Positions 27,364 through 37,227 of a stretch of 64,000 nucleotides of DNA are shown piece after piece. A program made the translations under genes and the position numbers. Source of the stretch: Alistipes sp. (GTDB taxonomy: Bacteria; Bacteroidota; Bacteroidia; Bacteroidales; Rikenellaceae); NCBI GenBank assembly GCA_017630735.1, contig JAGBUS010000099.1:19-64018 (forward strand), given 5' to 3'. The first letter of the stretch is position 1; the number at the start of each line of letters is the position of its first letter. The notes under the pieces were generated by a model that had not been told where the DNA came from, did not search any database, and saw only the letters and a program-made list of their open reading frames with translations.

Positions 27364-29184
27364 TTACTTAGCAATCGACACCTTGATATTGTCGATGTAG
27401 ACACTTGTCTCACAGTTACCAATAGAAAGAGCCCCAGTCGTTACAGACATTGTTGGATAGAAGCACAATCTCGCATTGTAAGGCACTTTTACCTCTGCTG
27501 AGTACGGAGTATATACCTCACCAAAGGCTTCAGCGCCGACACCCTTCATTGATTCAGCCCTAATTAACACTTGACCAAAGTCTTCAAGTGTAGTATCATA
27601 ATTAACTGGCGTGAACCAGTCCATACCCTCAACACCTGTAGGAATGCCATCAATAGGATTGCTATGATTAGTATGTGCTGTCATACACAACGCAGTAGAG
27701 TTGACTGTTATACTACTACCATCCAAGACATAGTATGCAGCATCGAATGAAACGGCGATATCAACATTGGCAGTTGACTTAAGACCTCGTGTACCATTTC
27801 CAAGAGGTGGAGTATCTAATCGACCATAGTGGTATGATGTAAATGCAGCCGACACCGCTTGAAAACGAGCATTAACACGCGCAGCACCAGGCTTAATCCA
27901 GTAGCGTGCTGCATTCCAGCCTGCAAGCGAGCCGCTAAGTGCGACACCTGGCTGCTCACGCTCACTCGACGAATATGAGTTATTACCATAACTCTCGCTA
28001 TCCGACGCATCATTGAAGTCCTCGAATAAGAGATATGGCACATCTACAGGTGCAATATCCTGCTCGATATATGGTTTTAGTGTTCCCATATTTACCTTAT
28101 TCTCCACAACGGCATTCTCTGAGTCAAAGACCAAAGTCCACTCCTTGTTGTTGTATGGCGCAACATCGAACTCACCCTCATACTCAAACTTATAGAGATT
28201 CTCGGCATTACGGTTGAAAGTACCCATATTGGTACCGTTGTTATCGTAGAGTGTGAAGAAGTTGAAATCCTCGCCGAGGTAGTTCTCGCCAATCGAGAAG
28301 TTGAAGATTGTAATCTTCTTAAATGGAGGCATAGCCATACGGATAGGTGTCACGTGACCGCGCTCGAACTCGCGCTCAAGAGGGTATGTAGCCACCTCAG
28401 AACGCTGTACAGAGCCCTTAATCTCGTAACTAACATCACCCGATACTGTACCAGGAAGCACGAATACCCAGATATCGCTACCTACCGCAAAGCCCTCGGT
28501 GCTCTTAACCGAAATAGTGTTTGAGGTATTAGTATATACAGGCTTTGCATCTGGATTTGTAACATCAATAGTAATATCACCTACTACTGCTGTTGGGAAT
28601 GTGATATCCAAGGCGTATACCTTATTATCAAAATTAGATGCTTTCTCAGGCACTGTAATCTTGAGAGCGTGCATCTGATGGCGCATAACAGTGTTTAACT
28701 CTATAGCCTCACCAGTGGTTAACGAGCCATATAGAGTAGGATCGGCAACCATAATATCATATTTGCCATCATACAGACCCGACTGATCTGCTGCAACACG
28801 GAAGGTAGCCATTGTTCCATCTATAGATAGTGGTCGTGGATAGCTCATATAATAGGTGTAATCACCCTCTGGCATCTCTGCAATATTGCCAACGAAATAT
28901 GCCTTATCCCACTCCGTAGAGAAGTAACGAAGCATAAACGTAGCATTGCTAAAAATGCTATTTCCTACGCTGTCATTAGCCCATACAGCTAACTCATCAC
29001 CCTCTGCCCAGCGTGTTCTTTTACCATCGTCATCTATGGCTGTGCGAGTAGCATCCACTGGCAACGATATACACACCTCAACATTTTCTACTGCAGATGA
29101 TGTAGTAGTCTCCGCCTCATTATGACATGATACACCCAAAATGCACATTGCACACACCAAGGCAAATATTTGAAGAATTTTCAT
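27364..29184 (-). CDS. Fimbrillin/Mfa-like lipoprotein with C-terminal beta-sandwich domain
   Basis: Lipobox GVSC; ATRTAI, W..GD...VW, SYP; C-terminal LFEDF...YIDNIKVS. Confidence 0.65.
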   Translation of the reverse strand: MKILQIFALVCAMCILGVSCHNEAETTTSSAVENVEVCISLPVDATRTAIDDDGKRTRWAEGDELAVWANDSVGNSIFSNATFMLRYFSTEWDKAYFVGNIAEMPEGDYTYYMSYPRPLSIDGTMATFRVAADQSGLYDGKYDIMVADPTLYGSLTTGEAIELNTVMRHQMHALKITVPEKASNFDNKVYALDITFPTAVVGDITIDVTNPDAKPVYTNTSNTISVKSTEGFAVGSDIWVFVLPGTVSGDVSYEIKGSVQRSEVATYPLEREFERGHVTPIRMAMPPFKKITIFNFSIGENYLGEDFNFFTLYDNNGTNMGTFNRNAENLYKFEYEGEFDVAPYNNKEWTLVFDSENAVVENKVNMGTLKPYIEQDIAPVDVPYLLFEDFNDASDSESYGNNSYSSSEREQPGVALSGSLAGWNAARYWIKPGAARVNARFQAVSAAFTSYHYGRLDTPPLGNGTRGLKSTANVDIAVSFDAAYYVLDGSSITVNSTALCMTAHTNHSNPIDGIPTGVEGMDWFTPVNYDTTLEDFGQVLIRAESMKGVGAEAFGEVYTPYSAEVKVPYNARLCFYPTMSVTTGALSIGNCETSVYIDNIKVSIAK

Positions 29185-29216
29185 AAATAATACTTAGTAT
29201 TAAAATAAATCGCGGG

Positions 29217-29224
29217 CAAATATA
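29217..29224 (-). promoter_or_regulatory. -7 promoter of the DUF4493/PCMD operon
   Basis: TATATTTG 32 nt upstream of the ATG at 29184. Confidence 0.6.
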
Positions 29225-29542
29225 GCACATTATTATTCATTAGCGAAAAAAAATCAACGAATACCCCTTTTTTCAAATTATAAACATGACCACGTAATAT
29301 TATATATTTATATAGGCAAAGCACCGTCAAACGCTAACTCGCTAATACACTGCAAAATAACATCTATTACGCGATAATCGATGATAAACCTCAAGAAAAA
29401 CCATTTTTTTAACATTAAATCCACAAATAAGGAATCCAAAGCAGCGTTATTTGATTACTAATTTTTAGAACATATCTAAAATAATTTATGTAATATGTTT
29501 TGTTGAATCCAAAAAATTATTACCTTTGCAACCGAAATAACA

Positions 29543-29592
29543 ATGTGGAGGGATTTGGACTGATTGCAACCACAATAAAAAAATGCTAAAGC
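29543..29592 (+). promoter_or_regulatory. SAM-II-type riboswitch aptamer upstream of metK
   Basis: tgtgg/ccaca P1 enclosing GATTT...TTGCAA, A-rich linker, then GCTAAAG; directly after TACCTTTG promoter (29521-29528). Confidence 0.7.
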
Positions 29593-29727
29593 AGCACTAC
29601 CCTATCTGGCGTTGCTAAAGTAATTCTCTTTATTAATTGCAATCCCAAGCCTAATCATACAATATTTCACACCTCACGTATGTTATTATGTGTGGTAATT
29701 TAGTATATAACAAAAAAATATAAGATT

Positions 29728-31020
29728 ATGGCATTTTTATTTACTTCAGAGTCAGTATCTGAGGGTCATCCAGATAAGGTGGCAGATCAGGTATCAGACG
29801 CTATTCTTGATGAGTTTTTGCGCCACGACCTTAACTCAAAGGTTGCGTGCGAGACACTATGTACAACAGGTCTCGTTGTAGTATCTGGCGAGGTACGTTC
29901 AGAGGGTTATGTAGATATCCAGGGTGTAGCACGCCGTGTGATAGATAAGATTGGCTACAATCGTAGCGAGTATCAGTTCGACGCTGCATCATGCGGTGTT
30001 CTTTCTGCAATTCACGAGCAGTCTTCAGACATCAATCAGGGTGTAGACCGCAAGGATGGCGAGGAGCAGGGAGCTGGCGATCAGGGTATTATGTTTGGCT
30101 ATGCCGTAGATGAGACTCGCGAGTACATGCCTGCAACACTCATCCTCTCGCATGTAATCCTTAAGGAGTTGGCTGTTATTCGTCGCGAGGGCGAGGTTAT
30201 GACATACTTGCGTCCTGACTCAAAGAGCCAGGTGACTATCGAGTATGGCGATGACCGCCGTCCTAAGCGCGTACACACAATCGTAGTATCTACACAGCAC
30301 GACGAGTTCATCCTCCCAACACATACACGCACAGAGAAGGAGGCAGAGCGCGAGATGCAGCGTATCATTGCAGATGATGTTCGCAATATTCTTATCCCAC
30401 GCGTTAAGGCACGTCTTGAGCGCGCTAACGACCAGTTATCTGAGCTTATCGGTGATGACTATATCCTTCATGTAAACCCAACAGGTAAGTTTGTTATCGG
30501 TGGTCCTCACGGCGATACAGGTCTTACTGGTCGTAAGATTATCGTTGACACCTATGGTGGTCGCGGTGCTCACGGTGGTGGTGCCTTCTCAGGTAAGGAC
30601 TCATCAAAGGTTGACCGCTCGGCAGCATACGCAGCACGCCACATTGCAAAGAATATGGTTGCCGCAGGTATTGCACGCGAGGTATTGGTGCAGGTTAGCT
30701 ACGCTATTGGTATTGCACAACCACTATCTATATATGTTGACACATACGGCACTGCAAACGTATCGCTCACTGATGGCGAGATTGCAGAGAGAATCGGTAA
30801 GATGTTCGACCTTCGCCCTGCAGCAATTGTAGAGCGTTTTGGCTTGAACTACCCAATCTTCGAGGCTACAGCATCGTATGGTCACTTTGGTCGCCGTCCT
30901 TACACTGAGCTTGTACGCTTTGTAGGCAAGGAGGGTAAGGAGTTTGCCAAGGAGGTAGAGTTCTTCTCATGGGAGAAGCTTGACGAGGTAGACCGCCTAA
31001 AGCAAGAATTTGCTTTGTAA
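29728..31020 (+). CDS. metK: S-adenosylmethionine synthetase
   Basis: [36 protein letters not shown]. Confidence 0.98.
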   Translation: MAFLFTSESVSEGHPDKVADQVSDAILDEFLRHDLNSKVACETLCTTGLVVVSGEVRSEGYVDIQGVARRVIDKIGYNRSEYQFDAASCGVLSAIHEQSSDINQGVDRKDGEEQGAGDQGIMFGYAVDETREYMPATLILSHVILKELAVIRREGEVMTYLRPDSKSQVTIEYGDDRRPKRVHTIVVSTQHDEFILPTHTRTEKEAEREMQRIIADDVRNILIPRVKARLERANDQLSELIGDDYILHVNPTGKFVIGGPHGDTGLTGRKIIVDTYGGRGAHGGGAFSGKDSSKVDRSAAYAARHIAKNMVAAGIAREVLVQVSYAIGIAQPLSIYVDTYGTANVSLTDGEIAERIGKMFDLRPAAIVERFGLNYPIFEATASYGHFGRRPYTELVRFVGKEGKEFAKEVEFFSWEKLDEVDRLKQEFAL

Positions 31021-31044
31021 GCAATAAAAATCAATAAATATATA

Positions 31045-31087
31045 AAAGGCTCAGTAGCAACATATTAGCTATTGAGCCTTATTTTTT
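31045..31087 (+). terminator. metK terminator
   Basis: aaggctcagtagc/gctattgagcctt plus T-run. Confidence 0.75.
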
Positions 31088-31158
31088 ATTAAAATATTTT
31101 TGCAAAAAAGTTTGCAGATTAAAAAATAGTTACTACATTTGCACACCCAAATGACAAA

Positions 31159-31245
31159 GCCCAGGTGGTGAAATTGGTAGACACGCTACTTTGAGGGGGT
31201 AGTGAGCGTTAGCTCGTGTGAGTTCGAGTCTCGTCCTGGGCACCA
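31159..31245 (+). tRNA. tRNA-Leu(GAG)
   Basis: gcccagg/cctgggc acceptor stem, anticodon loop TTGAGGG, long variable arm, GTTCGAGT, encoded CCA. Confidence 0.95.
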
Positions 31246-31388
31246 GAAACGGAAGAGTAATCTTCCGTTTTTTTGTTTATGCCTAACACGAACCAATGGA
31301 CGGCTTATTGGTCAAAACAGTAGATAAAAAATATTAGAGCTACTCCTGTTTGAAGTAGCTCTAATAATTTCATTGCAAAAGGTCTCTC

Positions 31389-31784
31389 TTACTTAGAGAT
31401 AGAGTGCTTCCAACCATCGTCAGTTAATACGAGCGATACCTTCTCAGTCTCTTCAGTGTCATTACCATATACAATCTTAAGCTCTACATCAGCCTGCTTA
31501 CCATCCTCAGATAGTGTCTCACCAAGTACCTCTACAGACTTAACGCCACCTTTAGCCTCAAGCTGAGGACCTGCCTTCTCCTTAAAAAGTGATGTAATCA
31601 TCGCCTTCTGCTCTGCTATTGCCTCAGGAGTCTCACCTTCATAAGCGATAAGATCTGCAGCCTTCTCATAGTTACCTGCGGCAACCAAATTATACAACTC
31701 AACAGCCACACCACCTGGCGTAGATGAGCCACCACATGCAAAAGCAAACAATGCAACAACCAAAAGTGCAAATAATCTCTTCAT
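31389..31784 (-). CDS. Small NTF2-like lipoprotein (DUF4878-like)
   Basis: Lipobox AFAC; P..VA......G.YEKA; KGG.KS.EV..E; YGN....E...LV....W. Confidence 0.7.
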   Translation of the reverse strand: MKRLFALLVVALFAFACGGSSTPGGVAVELYNLVAAGNYEKAADLIAYEGETPEAIAEQKAMITSLFKEKAGPQLEAKGGVKSVEVLGETLSEDGKQADVELKIVYGNDTEETEKVSLVLTDDGWKHSISK

Positions 31785-31796
31785 AACTTAAATGTA

Positions 31797-32423
31797 TTAA
31801 AGGTTAATAATATGTTCCAACAACGTACTCTCCGTAAGATCTGATGGCATGATATGTCTTCCCGCAACAATAGGTAAGTTAACCTCCGTTCTACGCCCCT
31901 CACTCAACGATATTCCCGCTGTGAGATAGGCATACTCCACAAGTTCTGTACAGTAGAGGCGCGTTGTATCGCTCAAATCATAGTCGTGGTCAAAAGGTAC
32001 ACCACGCTCATATAGGCGCAATGCCGTCTCTACAGCTACGCGACGCTGCCCATCCTCTACTTTTGGGCGAAAGAGTGCAACATCCGCATTAACATAACGA
32101 TTGAGGAAATCATCTATTCGCTCACATTTCACACGGTCATAGTCACCATCATAGTCATGTTCATGAGGCACAGCATGCACAACACAAAAGCCATTTGCAT
32201 CCGACACGACGATACCAACATGAGAATAGTTCCCCTGCCTATCGGCAGCAGCAACAGCATGACCCACGATGCCTGTTCCTCGTCTGAATATAATATCCCC
32301 TTGTTGAAGTTGCGATATAAGAGAACTCTTGTCATACTGTTGATTGGGGGAGGTACAACCGATGAGCAAAACAATAAGTGACATTATACCCAATAGGTGA
32401 GCTATGCGACCTATATTAATCAT
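31797..32423 (-). CDS. YiiX/YebB-like permuted NlpC/P60 amidase, probable lipoprotein
   Basis: GDIIFRRG, YSHVGIV, FD..Y......LYCTELV; start codon uncertain. Confidence 0.8.
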   Translation of the reverse strand: MINIGRIAHLLGIMSLIVLLIGCTSPNQQYDKSSLISQLQQGDIIFRRGTGIVGHAVAAADRQGNYSHVGIVVSDANGFCVVHAVPHEHDYDGDYDRVKCERIDDFLNRYVNADVALFRPKVEDGQRRVAVETALRLYERGVPFDHDYDLSDTTRLYCTELVEYAYLTAGISLSEGRRTEVNLPIVAGRHIMPSDLTESTLLEHIINL

Positions 32424-32606
32424 ATCCAAAGGTAACACAAATAAACCAAAACACCAAATTTTTCGGAGATAATTTTATGTTTAACACTCTGCATTGACAA
32501 TTCTCATACCTATACACAAAACAAAAGGGTTGACTAAAAGTAAATTTAGACAACCCTAATCAAAGTGGGTGACAACTTTGTCACTCTCAATTATCTATAC
32601 ATTAGG

Positions 32607-35054
32607 CTACATTACAACCACCTGTCCACCTGCTGCATAATAGCTATAAATGTTGAACTTATCGTTAGTATCAAGGACAACAGCTACAAGGATATCGCCA
32701 CCCCAAGTTGCGTCGTACTCCTGCAAAGCCTCGTACTTAGGATCCCATGAGCTACCGCCATCCTCATACTTGAGTGGATAGCCAACCTTTGCCTCCTTAT
32801 ATGAGCCAAGTACCTTCTTGGTGTCGGCATACTCAGAGAATGCGTACTTAACATTATCCTCGATATCGGTTACGAAGCCATTGAAACGTATTAGCCATAC
32901 CTTCTGAGCATTTGCCGAACGTGTATCAGTATTAACTGTAAGGCTGATACGATCATCGCTCTTGCCAGTTACGGTAATAACCATATCAACAGTACCAGTA
33001 CCAGTAAGATCGATATTCACCTCCTCGGCAATCTCCTCGATTGTAGTGCAGTACTCGGTATCGCGACCTGCCAACTGAGCCACACATACCATCTCGCCCG
33101 CCTTACCGCTGTTATCAACAGCTACAGCATAGAGATAGTAGTTTGTACCTGGATGATAGATGTTTACATCGGCAGTTGCCACACCATCCACAATAGTATA
33201 CTCCTCGCGGTAGTTCTGGTAACCATCAGCATCCATAATATACTCAAGGTTATCCTTGTATGCAGCATGGTCGGTCTCAGGAGCTGCATATAGGCGTACC
33301 TTTGTGGCATTGTTGTCGGCAGTGAGCTTTACTGTAAGAATCTCGTGTGTTGTCTGCTCAAGAATCTCTACTGCAGTAATCTTCGCTACGCCAGTGAGCG
33401 ATGGGGTCTTGGTTGTAAACTTCTCGAAAGCCACATTACCTACCTTACCATCCTTGATTGCAATGGCATAGGCGTAGTATGTACCACCAATTGCGAGGTT
33501 ATTCAAGTAGCGTGTCGTAGGCTCCGTGTAGAGCGTAGGGATGGCATGGGTCATTGTTACGAGGTAGTTGCTAATCTCCTCGTCGCTCTTACCCTCAAAG
33601 TCAAATGGGTTGTCGGTATCTGCCTTGGTAACAGCAGGGTCCATACAACCAATGATAATCTTGCACGCCTCGGCAGCCTCAACACTCACTACTGCCGCAG
33701 TCTCAGTGATGTCGCTAACTGCTACACTCACCTCCAAGTTACCATCAAGAGTAGCTGTAGGTGCTACAAACTCTTTGGTAACAACACTGCTCAAGCCCTC
33801 CTCGTTCTCGCAGTATACGGCTACGGTGTATGATGTGCCTGGGACAAGCATAATACCAGCATTCTCATCGCTTGAGATTAGTGAATTACGAACCAAATCC
33901 TGCTCCGAGAATGTGCGGCTCTCTGTCGCTGAGTTGAATACCGCAAATGGATAATCCTCAACTGGATTTAGCGACGACTGTGCCTGCTCGATGAAGATAC
34001 TACGGTCGTAGGCATTGGTATGCACAGCACCTGCTACATACTTCACGCAGTGCTCCTTCTTGGTGATTACGGCATCGAAAGAGTAGCCTGTGAGATTCTC
34101 AATTGCGATATCCACGCCTGGCGACATCACAGCAAACTCAGCTCTCTTTTCCTCGCCCTTGAGGACTGCGTTCTCAGCGCGGAAAGTAAACTGGTATGTT
34201 TTGTCATACTCCACAACATAGTTCACCGTGCGTGACTCATTATCCATATAATATGTCCACGCAGATGGAGAATCGGGATATACATCGCCATAAGGACCCC
34301 AATACCAGTGGTGGGTATCCTCAGATGGTGTAACCTCGAACGACACGGTCATAGTAGCCTCATCGAACATAGCTTTAGATACTGAGATTGTAGGCACCGA
34401 TGGCTCGAAGTAGCACTCTGCGCTCACCTCCTCAGACTTTACTGCACCACACTCAGCGTATGCCTCCACGACGAAGGTCTTGCCCCACTCGTAAGCAAAG
34501 GCAATGGCCTGCTCGCCGCTACCTTCGCCACCGCCACCAATCCACTCGCTCTTGACGCTATCCTTCTCGTATGCGCGCCAGTACCACATTGTAGCGTTAG
34601 ACGATGGGTAGATGGTAGCCTCAGCCTCCATAGTCTCTGCGTTGAGTGTAATCTCGCCGATGGCAACAACCACCTCACCCTCAGGCATCTGGCAGAACTT
34701 CTTGGTAGCGATATCGCTCTTGCCAGCCTTATTCTCAGCGTATGCCGAGATGGAATACTCCACGCCGTAGATAACCGCAAACTCAATCTCCTGGGCTGCA
34801 GCACCCTCCACCTTAACGTATGGAGAGTCCTCGGTGCGACTCTGTGGCTCTACACACCAATACCACGCTGTAGCATCAGATGATGGAGCAATCATCACCT
34901 TTACGGTCATGCTCTCAGCATCAAACACTGGCTCAAGAATACCAATAGTAGGTTTATTCCCTGGAGTTGTCACAGGATCCTTATCGCAGCCAACACCCAC
35001 AAGCGCGAGGCACATTGCCACGATAACATAAGTTAATTGTTTGATAGTCTTCAT
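32607..35054 (-). CDS. Large lipoprotein with tandem FN3-like beta domains
   Basis: Lipobox GVGC; repeated PS.D/N...WYW domains. Confidence 0.65.
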   Translation of the reverse strand: MKTIKQLTYVIVAMCLALVGVGCDKDPVTTPGNKPTIGILEPVFDAESMTVKVMIAPSSDATAWYWCVEPQSRTEDSPYVKVEGAAAQEIEFAVIYGVEYSISAYAENKAGKSDIATKKFCQMPEGEVVVAIGEITLNAETMEAEATIYPSSNATMWYWRAYEKDSVKSEWIGGGGEGSGEQAIAFAYEWGKTFVVEAYAECGAVKSEEVSAECYFEPSVPTISVSKAMFDEATMTVSFEVTPSEDTHHWYWGPYGDVYPDSPSAWTYYMDNESRTVNYVVEYDKTYQFTFRAENAVLKGEEKRAEFAVMSPGVDIAIENLTGYSFDAVITKKEHCVKYVAGAVHTNAYDRSIFIEQAQSSLNPVEDYPFAVFNSATESRTFSEQDLVRNSLISSDENAGIMLVPGTSYTVAVYCENEEGLSSVVTKEFVAPTATLDGNLEVSVAVSDITETAAVVSVEAAEACKIIIGCMDPAVTKADTDNPFDFEGKSDEEISNYLVTMTHAIPTLYTEPTTRYLNNLAIGGTYYAYAIAIKDGKVGNVAFEKFTTKTPSLTGVAKITAVEILEQTTHEILTVKLTADNNATKVRLYAAPETDHAAYKDNLEYIMDADGYQNYREEYTIVDGVATADVNIYHPGTNYYLYAVAVDNSGKAGEMVCVAQLAGRDTEYCTTIEEIAEEVNIDLTGTGTVDMVITVTGKSDDRISLTVNTDTRSANAQKVWLIRFNGFVTDIEDNVKYAFSEYADTKKVLGSYKEAKVGYPLKYEDGGSSWDPKYEALQEYDATWGGDILVAVVLDTNDKFNIYSYYAAGGQVVVM

Positions 35055-35080
35055 AATATAATTGTTTTAGTTTTATTAGG

Positions 35081-35998
35081 CTAATTCTCTGCTGGGGCAT
35101 CTGGCAAAGAGTATGACACATTCTCCTGTACACCTTTAATACCCCACTTATTGTATGGCAAGAATATAAGAGTATACTCCTCACCATATTCAACATCAAT
35201 ACTTATAGTACAACGTTCATTATTCTCAACCAAAAACTCCAAAGGATAATGGTTTATTCCCCACTGCCAGTAAGTAGTATCTTGCGACGGCTCTACATCA
35301 AGGCTTAAAGTCATAGTCTGCTCATCGAAACGTGGATTCGAGATAGTGAGTTTTGCAGTTGGAGAATTAAGGCAAAAATCTTTTTCTACAACCACTGACT
35401 TCTCACTGTCGCACATTGCATAAGCACTAATTGTCATATTCGCGCCTAAGATTACCTTAAACGATACGCTCTTAGCAGTATTTCCCTCTACACACTCCCA
35501 CTCACTACTTAAATTACTCTTCCAGTACCACTTTGTAGCGATTTCAGAGGGTACAACTAAGACTTCTGCCATAAGGTTTTCCTCATCCACAAGGGCAATC
35601 TCATCCATTGTAATATATAGCCTACCCTCTGTTGTTGGGCAAATTTTCTGAGTTGCAATATCACTCTCTGCCCACTTTGTTATTGCATAAGCCGAGACAA
35701 CATATTCCACGCCATAGCATACGTCAAACTCTATCTCCTTGGCATCTGCACCATCTACCTTTGTCCAAATATCATGTGTAAAACCATCCTCCTCTATCTT
35801 ATAATACCACATTTGTGTATCCGAAGAGGGAGCGACAGTCACCTTTGCAGTTTTTGTCTCGGCATCGAACTTTGGATCAACAATACTTAATGTCGGCGCA
35901 TGTTTAGGACGCTGTATATACTCTATATTACAGCCCCATCCCATGAGCGCGACCATGGAAACTATGACAACTGATACAAATTTTAAAAATTTGTTCAT
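35081..35998 (-). CDS. Lipoprotein, short paralog of 32607-35054 (three N-terminal domains)
   Basis: Lipobox GWGC; aligns by eye with the first ~310 aa of the 815-aa protein. Confidence 0.65.
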   Translation of the reverse strand: MNKFLKFVSVVIVSMVALMGWGCNIEYIQRPKHAPTLSIVDPKFDAETKTAKVTVAPSSDTQMWYYKIEEDGFTHDIWTKVDGADAKEIEFDVCYGVEYVVSAYAITKWAESDIATQKICPTTEGRLYITMDEIALVDEENLMAEVLVVPSEIATKWYWKSNLSSEWECVEGNTAKSVSFKVILGANMTISAYAMCDSEKSVVVEKDFCLNSPTAKLTISNPRFDEQTMTLSLDVEPSQDTTYWQWGINHYPLEFLVENNERCTISIDVEYGEEYTLIFLPYNKWGIKGVQENVSYSLPDAPAEN

Positions 35999-36014
35999 AT
36001 TGCTATATCTTAGT

Positions 36015-36461
36015 TTAATTTAACTCCGGAATCTCGCTGATGCGGCTGAATATGCTATTCTCATCCTCGGCATACCACACCATCTTCTCGCCTTGAGCCA
36101 TCATCCTTACAGTGTAAACATTTGCCCAGTCACCCACGCCATTATCATACGTGCCCGTAAGCACAAACTCTTTTTGGTCATTTTGGGCGATGCTAAATGT
36201 GCCGCTCTTATGCTGAGTGTACATCGAGCCGATATTATCCCACATCTCGAAGCGACGAGACTCGTCATCAAACTCTATGTAGAGGAATGTCTGCTCGCTA
36301 AGAGCCTCACCACGCCACTCTGTGAGTTGCCATGCTCCAGCAATTGTTTCATAGGTAACATCTGGCTGTGGCAATGGTTGCTCATTATCTACTACAGGCT
36401 TTTCGCAACTTATTGCTATAATGCTCATTACAGCAAGAAAAAGCAATTTAAAGTGTCTCAT
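36015..36461 (-). CDS. Lipocalin-like lipoprotein
   Basis: Lipobox AISC; IAGAWQL (GxW) motif. Confidence 0.65.
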   Translation of the reverse strand: MRHFKLLFLAVMSIIAISCEKPVVDNEQPLPQPDVTYETIAGAWQLTEWRGEALSEQTFLYIEFDDESRRFEMWDNIGSMYTQHKSGTFSIAQNDQKEFVLTGTYDNGVGDWANVYTVRMMAQGEKMVWYAEDENSIFSRISEIPELN

Positions 36462-36464
36462 ATC

Positions 36465-37226
36465 TTATCTCTTTATTGTTATCTTTATCATTCTATCGGT
36501 TGGTCTACCCGCAATACCCTCAATAATAAGAAGCGTTGCAAGGTTTCGAGCTTCACCTCTATATTTAATTATTATATCACCCTCGGCTCCCGCCTCTATT
36601 ATCTCAGGCTCGGTAGAGAACTCCAAGCCCGCGACTGGAGACTTTGCAGTGAGACGCACGGACTGCGACGATGTATTAGCAACAGCAATGCGTTCATAAC
36701 CCTCGGATGTTAGCGTTATCTCCTTACGACTGAGACGTAACACTCCCATATACTCTGGGAGGTGCAGCCACTCATCACTATTCTTCACCACACCCTCTAC
36801 GGTTAGTCGCTCCGTAGGTCGTACGGCGTCAAGGTTAGTGTATACAAGGATGTTTTGGCTAAACTTGCCATTTCGCCCCGTAGGATTAAACTCCGCATCA
36901 ATGGTTATCGCGGCATTTGGCTCGATAGTTTCTGGTCTTGTCGCGACCTTCAGGCAGCTACACGAGGAGCGTATTTCAGTGATTGTTATTGGCTCTACTG
37001 TTGCATTTCGTAACGTAAAACTCACCTCTACACAGCTCTCCGCGCCAATCGTGCCGATATTCTTATTTTTCTCCTCAGCACGAAATACACCCTTTGCCTT
37101 CTCCGAAAGAGCAGGGTTTACCAGCGAGTCAAGCTCGGCACGTGTTGGGAAGCTACGACTCTGCGCTATTGTCACCAATGGCATACAGAGAAGCACCACC
37201 GCAGTTATCACACGCCACCACAGCAT
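36465..37226 (-). CDS. DUF1573-domain exported protein
   Basis: F.L.N....P..I.....SCSC, I.P, FNP.G..G.F...I.VYTN; start revised. Confidence 0.75.
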   Translation of the reverse strand: MLWWRVITAVVLLCMPLVTIAQSRSFPTRAELDSLVNPALSEKAKGVFRAEEKNKNIGTIGAESCVEVSFTLRNATVEPITITEIRSSCSCLKVATRPETIEPNAAITIDAEFNPTGRNGKFSQNILVYTNLDAVRPTERLTVEGVVKNSDEWLHLPEYMGVLRLSRKEITLTSEGYERIAVANTSSQSVRLTAKSPVAGLEFSTEPEIIEAGAEGDIIIKYRGEARNLATLLIIEGIAGRPTDRMIKITIKR

Positions 37227-37227
37227 C

